A DNA stretch of 54,544 nt from an uncultured Candidatus Saccharibacteria bacterium (lineage in GTDB: Bacteria; Patescibacteriota; JAUYIX01): positions 1 to 54,544 of the forward strand of contig CAZCZY010000034.1 in assembly GCA_964503525.1 (NCBI GenBank), read 5' to 3'. Of the stretch, positions 20,027 through 29,314 are shown piece after piece. Numbering within the stretch: position 1 is the stretch's first letter; every line of letters begins with the position of its first letter. The translations under genes and the position numbers were made by a program. The notes beneath the pieces are model-generated. The model did not search any database and was not told the DNA's origin. It was given only the letters and a program-made list of their open reading frames with translations.

Positions 20027-20061
20027 GGCTTACGGGCTCAAATTAGACTAAGATCTAACGC

Positions 20062-20856
20062 ATGTCAGAGTACTACAAGGCCCAGCGGACCAAAAACATT
20101 TTTGATCCCACAAGCCAGGAGCCCTTCAAGATCAGTCGCTCAAAAATCGAATTGTTTACGCAATGTCCGCGCTGTTTTTGGTTGGACACGCGCCAAGGTG
20201 TTGCACGGCCACCGGGATTTCCGTTCAATCTCAATAGCGCCGTCGATACATTGCTCAAGAAAGAATTTGACATTCACCGGAGTCACGGTACCAAACATCC
20301 CCTTATGGAAACGTACAAGGTTGATGCGATTCCGTTTTATCACAAAAAAATCAATGAGTGGCGAACAAATTTTGTCGGCATTCAATTCTTGCACAAACCC
20401 ACTAACCTAAAAATCTTTGGAGCGGTAGACGATATTTGGCAAAATCCCCAAGAGGAATTAATCGTGGTCGATTATAAAGCGACCAGTAAAACCGCCACAG
20501 TTACCATCGATGCGCCCTGGCAAGACAGCTACAAGCGCCAGATGGAGGTCTACCAATGGCTGTTACGTAAAAACGACTTTGCCGTGGCGGACACCGGCTA
20601 CTTTGTCTATTGCAATGGTAAGACTGACCGACAGGCTTTTGATGCCAAATTAGAATTTGATGTACGTGTCATTCCATATAAGGGCAACGATCGCTGGATC
20701 GAAAAAACGCTGCCAAAAATTAAGAAAACATTGCAACTTGAGCAGCCACCCGCGGCGGGTAAGTCATGCGATTATTGTTCGTACAGAGGTGCGGCCCATA
20801 CAAAAGAATATTTCGCTAATCCCAGCTCTGCTAATCCAATCTCAAAAAGCAAATGA
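20062..20856 (+). CDS. PD-(D/E)XK nuclease family protein (RecB/Cas4-like fold)
   Basis: GAVDDIW...LIVVDYKATSK...QMEVYQWLL core motifs, with Cys pairs CPRC (N-terminal) and CDYC (C-terminal). Confidence 0.7.
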   Translation: MSEYYKAQRTKNIFDPTSQEPFKISRSKIELFTQCPRCFWLDTRQGVARPPGFPFNLNSAVDTLLKKEFDIHRSHGTKHPLMETYKVDAIPFYHKKINEWRTNFVGIQFLHKPTNLKIFGAVDDIWQNPQEELIVVDYKATSKTATVTIDAPWQDSYKRQMEVYQWLLRKNDFAVADTGYFVYCNGKTDRQAFDAKLEFDVRVIPYKGNDRWIEKTLPKIKKTLQLEQPPAAGKSCDYCSYRGAAHTKEYFANPSSANPISKSK

Positions 20857-21383
20857 CGATGCATGTCACGCCACGATTTGGCCAGGACCGTTTGACAAGA
20901 GCCTCCTATTTACGAACATTTATTTTTGGCGTGGAAGATGGATTGGTGTCGACGGTTGGATTGTTGTCCGGAATTGCGATCGCGGGAGCCCCGCGCGCTA
21001 CGATTTTATTGACGGGAACGGTGTTAATCTTTGTGGAAGGATTTTCTATGGCCGTTGGTAGTTTTTTATCAGAGTCATCGGCGGAGGAATATCTTGAGAA
21101 AAAAGAGCAAACGAGTATTCGCACACCGCTGCTCGCTGGCATCTTAATGTTCGCCTCGTATGCCGGCGCCGGTTTTATCGCGCTGGTGCCATATATATTA
21201 CTTGACGTTAGCCCTGCTTTTTACTTGTCGGTGGCGTTATCGCTTATTGCATTGCTCGGGCTAGGCATCGTGGGGGGCAGACTTGCGCACGTTTCGATCG
21301 CAAAAAGTGGCCTTAAAATGGTGCTGGTCGGGGGCGTCGCAATTGCGGTGGGTATTCTCGTCGGGCGACTCGTGCAAATGTAG
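20853..21383 (+). CDS. VIT1/CCC1-family iron/manganese transporter
   Basis: FGVEDGLVSTVGLLSGIA plus four or more hydrophobic helices. ATGA overlap with the upstream stop. Confidence 0.8.
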   Translation: MTMHVTPRFGQDRLTRASYLRTFIFGVEDGLVSTVGLLSGIAIAGAPRATILLTGTVLIFVEGFSMAVGSFLSESSAEEYLEKKEQTSIRTPLLAGILMFASYAGAGFIALVPYILLDVSPAFYLSVALSLIALLGLGIVGGRLAHVSIAKSGLKMVLVGGVAIAVGILVGRLVQM

Positions 21384-21402
21384 CTATTGTTGGCAACGAA
21401 GG

Positions 21403-21789
21403 CTACTCCAGGCGCCACTCAATTTGCTGGCCGTTTTTTGTCGGCGTATCGCCGGCTGGTGCCGTTTGCTCCTGGCCATCGATTGTAAAGGTCCACACGG
21501 AGTCCGGAGGATTGGCTTTTCGGCCGGCTATTTTGAGCAGCTCGGCTGGGTTATTGGGGTCGACTTCAATCTCGGCGGCCTGGATGAGGAGCTCTTGTAC
21601 GGTTTTCCCGTCCTGGCCGCGATAGCGGATCATTTTACCAAAATCAAGACGCTCAAAGGCCAATGCAGCGCTGGCCGGGAGTACGTACCTGTTGTTTTTT
21701 GACCCAAAAACCTCAACGCCTCGCGTAGCTGCAAAGGCGATAAGTCCTAAGGCGATAACAATAAATAGGGCACCACGTAGCGTTGCCAT
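21403..21789 (-). CDS. secreted/anchored small protein, DUF4430-like
   Basis: N-terminal signal/anchor LFIVIALGLIAFAA. C-terminal GKTVQELL...WTFTIDGQEQ...NGQQIEWRL resembles the DUF4430 pattern. Confidence 0.55.
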   Translation of the reverse strand: MATLRGALFIVIALGLIAFAATRGVEVFGSKNNRYVLPASAALAFERLDFGKMIRYRGQDGKTVQELLIQAAEIEVDPNNPAELLKIAGRKANPPDSVWTFTIDGQEQTAPAGDTPTKNGQQIEWRLE

Positions 21790-21955
21790 AGATCTGAGTT
21801 ATGTAAAAGAAAGTATAGCACATCTTGTGGGTACGTTTTGTGACAGATTTCCACAGCGCGAACAAGCATGCGCAATGCGTTGACAATCCCGTCAACCTTT
21901 GCTAAAAAACCAGGTTCTAGTTCTTTGCCAGGGAAGTCCCAGAAAGGAAAACACA

Positions 21956-22189
21956 GTGTCGGATCGTAGCCTACCCTCCAAGACACGCACCAAAGTTAAG
22001 GTCCCACCCGTGATTGTACCTACCAAGGTCCCAAAGTATCCTGATTGCGGCGTTTTTGACATCGGGACCATGCTGGTTCTCATGGACGAAGAGGAACGCC
22101 AGGTTACGGAGGCAGAGCATGCCCAGGGACACTCCGCAGATTCTAATCAGTCAGCCGACCCAAATTCTGGCGATCAGCCAGATACGTAA
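21956..22189 (+). CDS. hypothetical small acidic protein (77 aa)
   Basis: TTGACA-17-TAAAAA promoter at 21881-21909. GTG 21956 follows AAAGGA. The ORF-track start 21899 falls inside the -10 element. Terminator at 22218-22249. Confidence 0.4.
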   Translation: MSDRSLPSKTRTKVKVPPVIVPTKVPKYPDCGVFDIGTMLVLMDEEERQVTEAEHAQGHSADSNQSADPNSGDQPDT

Positions 22190-23135
22190 AAGGGCGGCCT
22201 GGCTCTGGACCAATATTGACCCCCGATGCTTTTCGCAGGGGGTCTTTTTCTTTTCGCGTTTTAGAAACTATTTTAATTACCGCCACGTGGGCATCAATGT
22301 ACTCAGCTAATTTCTTATTAGCGGTTTTAGCACGAACCGCTTGCGCATGCTCAATCAGTCGTTCGGTTGTGACGGCTCCAGTTGGCGCTTGCCCCTCCTC
22401 TGTAAGGGCGCGCTCGAGAAAAAAGCTTAATTCTATTTCCGCAGAGTCCAAGAATCTAAACATTTGGGGGGATTTGGCGAGCGCTTCTCGCGCGCCCGAG
22501 TATTGTTTGGCCTTGATCATTTGTTCGCGCATCAAGTCTGCGTCGCCCTCTGTTAACCCTAAAACAATGACCGGCATTTGGACCTCGCCATGATGCTGGT
22601 CAATATCTTCAAAATATTTTACCCGTGTCAAATCATGGTTGTCGGCACGGTCACGGAGGCGCGTTAATTTGCTACGAACGGCACGCTCCTCTTCACGCGT
22701 CGTCACATCAATTCCCAAATTAACCAACTTCCCTTGGTCATCTTCAAACGAAACTACGATATCTACACCATTTTGGAAGTCATCGGATTCAGCCGTTTTG
22801 ACGGCGCGCTGCACATCTTTGCCAAACCAGGCCAAGCGTGCATTAAGCATGCCGTGGATGAGACCATATTCAAAAATATAACTTTGGGGCGAACGGTATT
22901 CGGAATACTCCTTCCGTCTCTTGAAATCTTCGACGATATCACGATCTTTTTTGATATCGTCGGCTGTGTAGGGATTATTGGTGAAGTCTTTTTCATTGAG
23001 GGCGTCGTCGCGGTAGGGACGGATAATTTGTTCGAATTCTTCTCCGAGACTACCGGTGCGGTGCTCAATATCACGGATCAAACGATCTTCGGTTGGATTG
23101 GTTCCCCGTGGATTGCCTCTAGCCATGCTCTGCAT
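22143..23135 (-). CDS. hypothetical protein (330 aa), no recognisable domain
   Basis: Long clean ORF divergent from dnaG, rich in charged residues. No motif I can assign. Its last ~30 codons overlap the plus-strand small ORF and terminator. Confidence 0.7.
   Translation of the reverse strand: MQSMARGNPRGTNPTEDRLIRDIEHRTGSLGEEFEQIIRPYRDDALNEKDFTNNPYTADDIKKDRDIVEDFKRRKEYSEYRSPQSYIFEYGLIHGMLNARLAWFGKDVQRAVKTAESDDFQNGVDIVVSFEDDQGKLVNLGIDVTTREEERAVRSKLTRLRDRADNHDLTRVKYFEDIDQHHGEVQMPVIVLGLTEGDADLMREQMIKAKQYSGAREALAKSPQMFRFLDSAEIELSFFLERALTEEGQAPTGAVTTERLIEHAQAVRAKTANKKLAEYIDAHVAVIKIVSKTRKEKDPLRKASGVNIGPEPGRPFTYLADRQNLGRLTD
22218..22249 (+). terminator. rho-independent terminator (plus strand)
   Basis: GACCCCC-gatgcttttcgca-GGGGGTC followed by TTTTT. 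It lies inside the 3' end of the convergent minus-strand ORF. Confidence 0.65.
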
Positions 23136-23184
23136 CGTAGCAATGGTGTAGTATCCTAGCTAGCCATGTCTGCGAACAATAAAA

Positions 23185-25083
23185 ATGCCCAGTATTGACC
23201 CAATTCAGGATATTAAGGAGCGCCTACCGGTCGAAAACCTGATCGGTGAGTATTTAACGCTAGGGCGTGCGGGTATTAATCTCAAGGCGCTGTGCCCTTT
23301 TCACGCAGAAAAGACTTCGTCATTTATGGTGAGTCCTGAGAGGCGAACCTGGCACTGTTTTGGTTGTGCCAAAGGAGGCGATGTATTCACATTTGTGATG
23401 GAGATGGAAGGTTTGGAATTTAGAGAGGCCCTAGAATTTTTAGCTAAGAAGACAGGTGTCGAGTTACCCAAAAATCGGCGCGAACAACTGGGCGCCGGTC
23501 GAGCCGCGCGGTTGTTTGCCGTTAACGCTGCCGCCATGGAATTTTTTGAAAAGACGTTGCGGGCGGACAAAACAGATCGAGGGGTAGATGCTAGCGCAAC
23601 CGCCGCACGCAAAGAATTACAGCGACGTAAAGTGGACGATCTTACGCGCGATCAATTTCACATTGGCGTTGCGCCAGATTCGTGGGATGCGATGACGATT
23701 GCTCTGACAAAGCGGGGATTTAGTCCGGCAGAATTGATCGCTGCAGGTGTAGTCGTCAAGCGGCAAGCCCCTCAGATAGGCACCTACGATCGCTTTCGTA
23801 ATCGCTTGATGTTTCCGTTGATCGATGTGGTCGGTCGCGTAACTGGTTTTTCTGCGCGAGCACTGGCGGCGGATGAAAAAATGGGCAAGTACATTAATTC
23901 TCCGGAGTCTGAGGTGTATCACAAAGGATCGTTTTTGTTCGCCCTAAATTCTGCGCGAACAGAAATTCGCAAACGAGGTTTTGCAATTTTGGTTGAAGGG
24001 CAAATGGATGCGATCTCGTCGCATCGGGTAGGCGTAAGAAATGTGGTTGCAACGAGTGGCACGGCTTTGACCAACGAACACTTACGATTGTTGCAGCGCT
24101 ACACGAGTAATCTGATCTTAGCGTTTGACGTGGACATGGCGGGAGTCAATGCCACCAAGCGTGGGATTGATCTTGCGATTGCCAGTGGCTTAAACGTCAA
24201 GGTGGCAAAAATGCCAGCGGGGGTTGATCCAGATGACTTGTGTCGAGATGATCCAAAGGCGTGGGGACGCGCCATTAATGAGTGCGAACCAATAGTTGAT
24301 TACTATATCCGGCGCGCGACTTCTGGGCGCGACATGAGCCGTGTGGAGCATAAAAAAGCCGTTGCACGTGAAGTCTTGCCAGAAGTCGCGCGCCTCACCG
24401 ACCCCGTCGAACAAACACACTACTTACAACAATTAGAAAAAATACTCGGTGTTACCGAGCAGGTCATGCGGACAGCGCTAGAGCGGGCGCGGGCTAGCAA
24501 GTTCGCGCGTGGAAGCAATTCTGCGAGAGGGGCTTTGCCTCACACCGGACGTGGCGCGTCACGAGTTTCTGGCCCGGGCATGCGTAGTGGCGCACCAATA
24601 CGCGCCGGTGCATCCACGGCACAGGATAATGCCACACATCGCTTGGCGCGATTGGTTGCTCTGTGTATTCGTTTCCCGGGATTGTCGCGGGACAAATTAA
24701 AGCCACTCGAAATTCTTGAGGATAAAAAAATTCGCCAGGTAGTTGATGTTTTGCGCGGGACAGAATCTACGAGTGAGACCATTTGGGTGACCCAAACGAT
24801 CGCAAAAATGTATGACCTGGATCAAGAATTTGGTCGAGCGATCGACCGCGAACTTTTTGTATTAGAGCAAGAGGAGAGCGGGCAAGACGAGGAAGTCGAT
24901 CCCAATAAAGAATTTGCGCAGTTGATCCAACTGATTGCGAGTGAGAGTCTTAGGCGCGAACTCGCATCGCTGCATACACAAGCGGCAGGTGCGCACGGCA
25001 CGGACGCAGAAAAACTACAGGGTTTGTTTGTAAAAAAGACACAAGCGCTTGCTGACTTGGTTCGGCAAGATGAAACAAACTGA
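23185..25083 (+). CDS. dnaG: DNA primase DnaG
   Basis: CHC2 zinc finger CPFHAEKTSSFMVSPERRTWHCFGCAKGGDVFTF. TOPRIM ILVEGQMDAIS ... AFDVDMAG. Confidence 0.95.
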   Translation: MPSIDPIQDIKERLPVENLIGEYLTLGRAGINLKALCPFHAEKTSSFMVSPERRTWHCFGCAKGGDVFTFVMEMEGLEFREALEFLAKKTGVELPKNRREQLGAGRAARLFAVNAAAMEFFEKTLRADKTDRGVDASATAARKELQRRKVDDLTRDQFHIGVAPDSWDAMTIALTKRGFSPAELIAAGVVVKRQAPQIGTYDRFRNRLMFPLIDVVGRVTGFSARALAADEKMGKYINSPESEVYHKGSFLFALNSARTEIRKRGFAILVEGQMDAISSHRVGVRNVVATSGTALTNEHLRLLQRYTSNLILAFDVDMAGVNATKRGIDLAIASGLNVKVAKMPAGVDPDDLCRDDPKAWGRAINECEPIVDYYIRRATSGRDMSRVEHKKAVAREVLPEVARLTDPVEQTHYLQQLEKILGVTEQVMRTALERARASKFARGSNSARGALPHTGRGASRVSGPGMRSGAPIRAGASTAQDNATHRLARLVALCIRFPGLSRDKLKPLEILEDKKIRQVVDVLRGTESTSETIWVTQTIAKMYDLDQEFGRAIDRELFVLEQEESGQDEEVDPNKEFAQLIQLIASESLRRELASLHTQAAGAHGTDAEKLQGLFVKKTQALADLVRQDETN

Positions 25084-25134
25084 GCGCGGAGCTGGCGCAG
25101 GGGTTGTTCCGGCACTCACTGGTTTGTACCGGGG

Positions 25135-25164
25135 CTTGGCCAACAATGAGATTTTGCTGTATAG
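25135..25164 (+). promoter_or_regulatory. candidate promoter of rpoD
   Basis: TTGGCC (25135-25140), 18-nt spacer, TATAGT (25159-25164). Confidence 0.5.
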
Positions 25165-25179
25165 TTTGTGACTACTTGC

Positions 25180-26445
25180 ATGGCAAAGAAGAAACACGGG
25201 CGTAACCGGCCAAAAGCTGGTCACCACGTGAACACAAAATCTCGCAGTAAAGCCAAAAGACCCGGAAAGCCGGTAAGAATCGTTGGTACCTCAAAACCCC
25301 AGAGCGGGCGTACCCAGGGTCGACCCGGTCCGGCTGGTAAACGCCTTGGTAAACTCACCAAGGACGAACTGCAGACGTACCAACAGACGTACAGCACATT
25401 ACTCGAACGGGCGCAGCAGAAAGGCTTTATTACCGAAGCTGAGATTTTACATTCAATTCCAGAACCAGAGCGATGGGTCGAAGGTCTTGAGAATTTTTAC
25501 GATAAATTAGATCACGCTGGTCTCGAGTTGCTGGAGATGAAAGGCGGCTACCTCGATCGTCCCAAAGAAAAAACCAAGGCCGAACAAGCACACGAGCGGC
25601 GCATCGACATCTCTGCATTGTCTGCCGACTCCGTGCAAATGTATTTACGTGAGATTGGTCGCGTCCCGCTGCTCAATCGTCAAGAAGAAATCGACCTTGC
25701 CAAACGTATGGAGCGAGGTGATCAGGCTGCCAAGCAGCGTTTGATTGAAGCCAACCTACGTCTTGTAGTGTCGATCGCAAAAAAATATTCAGGCCGTGGG
25801 GGATTGACCTTGCTCGATTTGATTCAAGAGGGAAACTTAGGCTTGTTCCGCGCGGTGCAAAAATTTGATTATCGCAAAGGGTATAAATTTTCAACCTACG
25901 CCACCTGGTGGATCCGACAGGCGGTGACGCGCGCGTTGGCTGATCAGTCACGAACCATTCGTATTCCGGTGCACATGGTCGAGACCATTAATAAATTTGT
26001 TCAGACTGAGCGACGCTTGGTCCAGATTCTTGGTCGCGAACCACTACCCGAAGAAATCGCCGCAGAAATGGACATGCCGATTGATAAAGTTCGACACATT
26101 ATTAAAATCAATCAGGACACGGTCTCACTCGAGAAGTCAGTTGGTGACGACGAGGATGATTCCGTGCTTGGTGAGTTTATCGAGGACACCAAGACGATCG
26201 CGCCGTCCGAGGCCGCTGCGCAAAAATTGTTGAAGGGCTACGTTCGTGACGTGATGAAATACTTATTACCGCGCGAACAAAAGATTTTGGAAATGCGCTT
26301 TGGTCTCATTGATGGTGTGCAGCACACGCTCGAAGAAGTTGGTCGAGAATTTGGTGTGACCCGTGAACGTATCCGCCAAATTGAGGCCAAATCGCTGGAG
26401 AAGATTAAGCAGCACGATAAGGTTCGGGTACTTAAGGACTTTTAG
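25180..26445 (+). CDS. rpoD: primary RNA polymerase sigma factor (sigma-70)
   Basis: Regions 2-4 are conserved ([34 protein letters not shown]; [20 protein letters not shown]). ATG 25180 preferred over GTG 25168. Strongly basic N-terminal ~60 aa. Confidence 0.95.
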   Translation: MAKKKHGRNRPKAGHHVNTKSRSKAKRPGKPVRIVGTSKPQSGRTQGRPGPAGKRLGKLTKDELQTYQQTYSTLLERAQQKGFITEAEILHSIPEPERWVEGLENFYDKLDHAGLELLEMKGGYLDRPKEKTKAEQAHERRIDISALSADSVQMYLREIGRVPLLNRQEEIDLAKRMERGDQAAKQRLIEANLRLVVSIAKKYSGRGGLTLLDLIQEGNLGLFRAVQKFDYRKGYKFSTYATWWIRQAVTRALADQSRTIRIPVHMVETINKFVQTERRLVQILGREPLPEEIAAEMDMPIDKVRHIIKINQDTVSLEKSVGDDEDDSVLGEFIEDTKTIAPSEAAAQKLLKGYVRDVMKYLLPREQKILEMRFGLIDGVQHTLEEVGREFGVTRERIRQIEAKSLEKIKQHDKVRVLKDF

Positions 26446-26501
26446 GTCGGACTGGCCCTGTCCGCATCAGGTTGAAATCGAGTCAAGCTGAAAGCGACAA
26501 T

Positions 26502-26532
26502 AAAAAACAGGCCCCACGTGGGGCCTGTTTTG
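26502..26532. terminator. bidirectional terminator between convergent genes
   Basis: AAAAAA-CAGGCCCC-acgt-GGGGCCTG-TTTT. Confidence 0.8.
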
Positions 26533-26562
26533 GTAGATTCCCTCGAGTAACTTGGCGTGAAA

Positions 26563-29208
26563 CTAGTAGAGAGACTCGAGTGAAGTCCTGACCCCTTCAC
26601 TCACAGCACTTGTGCCACCATAGATGAAGCCTCCGTCAATTGTGGATGCATTGCCTGATATATAACCAGTTGTTGCTCCAGGAATGGACGTCGGCGTCAC
26701 GAGTAAGAGTGGTTCGTGCATCAATCCAGAATGCCGCCCACCGGTAAGCGCGTCGGCAAAGGCTAGGCCTGTCGCGATGCCCATCGATTGTGGGGCTAGT
26801 GCGCCCGTGTAGAAGAAACTGGCGATCGCAACGGCCGTTGCATTTCTATTTGCACCAGACAAGCGGTTCACTGTGTCAATAACCGCATCTATCGCATTTT
26901 TGACAGCATCCGTAACTACAAGTCCACCTCCAACAACGTTGACGGTTTTAAGCGTAGCCGTGCTTGCGGAGAGGTAAGCAGATACGTCCCCATCCAAACT
27001 ACCGGCTGGATTAAGGAGAATCGGCATTAGGTCTGCATTAACTGCTTTGTCCGATGCGGGAGCGCTCGCAGCAAGTGCGTCAGGAAAATTGGCACTATTT
27101 GCAACGATTGCTGCAGAAGGACCGCGTCCACGTAACACGTCCATCCGCTCAGCAACAGCCTTAGCTGTCTTGATACGATTCGATCCGGAAACGCGAAGAA
27201 CATCAACGTTTGTCAGTACATCTATAGCTGCGATAACCGTGTCAGAAATGGCGGCAGGGCCACCGATTACATAGACGTCGACGCCAGTGTCCGCACGCCC
27301 GTCAAATACACGTGCTATTTCTGCCAGCACATTGGGATCGATATTTGCCTGTGGGTTTAGCAAAACCGGTCCGCCAACCATTGCAGCTAGTGGTCCTGCC
27401 GCTAAACCATCTGGAAAGTTTTGACTGGTCGCTAATACGAGCGCATCAACCGATGCTGCCGTTGGAAATCCATTCTTGCTTATCTCAATGCCGGTGAGCA
27501 CACGGTTTAATCCAGAAAGTCGAACTAGACCTGTTTTTGTGCCGGCAAACGTTAACTTGCCGTAATACATACCAATAGCGCCTGCGCGGGTATCACTCCA
27601 AGTCAAATGGAATACGAGGCGATCGTTGTTTGAAGCGCCTTCTCCTGGATTTTCTTCAACCGCACCACCATCGCGTCTATCACCAGTTAAGCTCACACTG
27701 TGTGTCCCAATAGCTGGGGTTGACACTTTGATCTCTGAGCTAGCCCACGTAGATCCGCTGTTCGAACTATGATTCACGTAAAGTGAGTAGAAGCCAGAAC
27801 CCGATGCTGACTCTTGGGTCCAGGCGACTACTACGCCCCCTGTACTATCAATACCTGTGGTCATGTCCTGAATTTCTGGACCGTTGATAGCGTGATTTGG
27901 ATTTATTCTTGCCGCTGCTGTCCAAGTTGCACCGCCATCTGTAGATGTCCTAACTGATGCTACATCACTATCTGTAGGATGGCCCTCAAATCCGACAACA
28001 GCCCGATTTAAACCAGCCCCAAAACTACAATTAAGGCTGTATTCGCCAAAAGGACCATCTAAGGTGCCTATTAGTGTAGGTGCTGCAAATGTTGCGCTGT
28101 TATCGGTCGACTTTCTTACATACAGGGCGGCGTCGCTCATCATATAAGAAGCATAAACGCTGCCATGGCCATCCGAGCAAATATCGTAATTATACACATC
28201 ATCTGTGCCTTCAGCGATGGATGTGTTCACTCGGCTATTCGCACTCCATGTCGCGCCGCAATCGGTTGTTCGCGAGTAGACAAGGTCGTCGAAGCTGCTG
28301 TTAAAGCGATTACTTGTCCAATAAACGCTAGCTGCGCAAGGTTTAGATACTTCGATGATGGGGCCGAGTTCTGCACCAGCCGTGTCACTAATTGTTTTGC
28401 GTGCAGTCCAAGTTGAACCAAAATCGCTCGACATTGAGAATTCAATCGTTGTGAAGAAAAGGACAAAGTTTGTCCAGACCACATGTACCTGGCCATTTGG
28501 AAGCGCTACTCCAGTGAATGGTAAGTAGGGAATCGTAACGGTATCGATCAAAATGGGGCCTGACCACGTCTTTCCACCATCTCGTGAAACAGCCACCATA
28601 ATCTCTGCAGTTGAGCTGGCCTTAAAGCTGTCAAAAAATACGTAGAAGGCACCTGCTCCGTCTGAAGTAATAGACATACTGTCGCCGGATTTTCCAGTAC
28701 CTGATACGTCATCGAGTCGCTTCTCAGCTAGCCAGCTAGCACCGTTGTCAAGAGAACAACGCGCATAAATTGAGCCGATTGCACTTGGAGCGGCACCATC
28801 CCGAGTGTCGAGATAAACAGAGCAAATATGCCCCGCGGCATCACTCGCTTGATCCTTAAGAGCCACTGTGCTTGTCGCCTGGATGAATGTCTCCGCTACG
28901 GTAGGACTACCTGAAATTGAAGTCGCTCCAATCGTTCCCTGTGGCCCAATCGGATCCGATGACCCCGACTGTTGAGCTTGGTCCTCCTGAAGCATCTTAA
29001 TTTGCTTTTCCATAGCCGCATTCTCCGCATCAGGAGAATCAAACCGGGCACGGCGAAGGTCGTCAGGACTACCGAAGAAAGTGTCCTGTGCACTACCTTT
29101 GTCAGAATTGGTAGCAGCTTTAGTAGAAATTGGCATTAACGCCAAACCACTCGACCAAGCCACAATGGCTAGCCCGAGTATTACGGAGAGAAAGCGTCGC
29201 GTTCTCAT
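26563..29208 (-). CDS. secreted BNR/Asp-box beta-propeller protein with three C-terminal CWB2 wall-binding repeats
   Basis: Signal peptide MRTRRFLSVILGLAIVAWSSGLALMPISTKA. Asp-box SxDxGxTW repeats (SLDNGASW, SRDGGKTW, SSDFGSTW, TTDCGATW, STDGGATW, SSNSGSTW). CWB2-like units RLSGLNRVLTGIEISK, RVSGSNRIKTAKAVAE, RLSGANRNATAVAIAS. Confidence 0.88.
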   Translation of the reverse strand: MRTRRFLSVILGLAIVAWSSGLALMPISTKAATNSDKGSAQDTFFGSPDDLRRARFDSPDAENAAMEKQIKMLQEDQAQQSGSSDPIGPQGTIGATSISGSPTVAETFIQATSTVALKDQASDAAGHICSVYLDTRDGAAPSAIGSIYARCSLDNGASWLAEKRLDDVSGTGKSGDSMSITSDGAGAFYVFFDSFKASSTAEIMVAVSRDGGKTWSGPILIDTVTIPYLPFTGVALPNGQVHVVWTNFVLFFTTIEFSMSSDFGSTWTARKTISDTAGAELGPIIEVSKPCAASVYWTSNRFNSSFDDLVYSRTTDCGATWSANSRVNTSIAEGTDDVYNYDICSDGHGSVYASYMMSDAALYVRKSTDNSATFAAPTLIGTLDGPFGEYSLNCSFGAGLNRAVVGFEGHPTDSDVASVRTSTDGGATWTAAARINPNHAINGPEIQDMTTGIDSTGGVVVAWTQESASGSGFYSLYVNHSSNSGSTWASSEIKVSTPAIGTHSVSLTGDRRDGGAVEENPGEGASNNDRLVFHLTWSDTRAGAIGMYYGKLTFAGTKTGLVRLSGLNRVLTGIEISKNGFPTAASVDALVLATSQNFPDGLAAGPLAAMVGGPVLLNPQANIDPNVLAEIARVFDGRADTGVDVYVIGGPAAISDTVIAAIDVLTNVDVLRVSGSNRIKTAKAVAERMDVLRGRGPSAAIVANSANFPDALAASAPASDKAVNADLMPILLNPAGSLDGDVSAYLSASTATLKTVNVVGGGLVVTDAVKNAIDAVIDTVNRLSGANRNATAVAIASFFYTGALAPQSMGIATGLAFADALTGGRHSGLMHEPLLLVTPTSIPGATTGYISGNASTIDGGFIYGGTSAVSEGVRTSLESLY

Positions 29209-29314
29209 ATGATAATCCTTTTAAAATTATTCGAGTTAAGTCTGGGTAGTTTAACTGTGATGCGGTCGCGACGCAAATTTTACTCATGTTGCACATGTTA
29301 CGATCAGTTCACAC

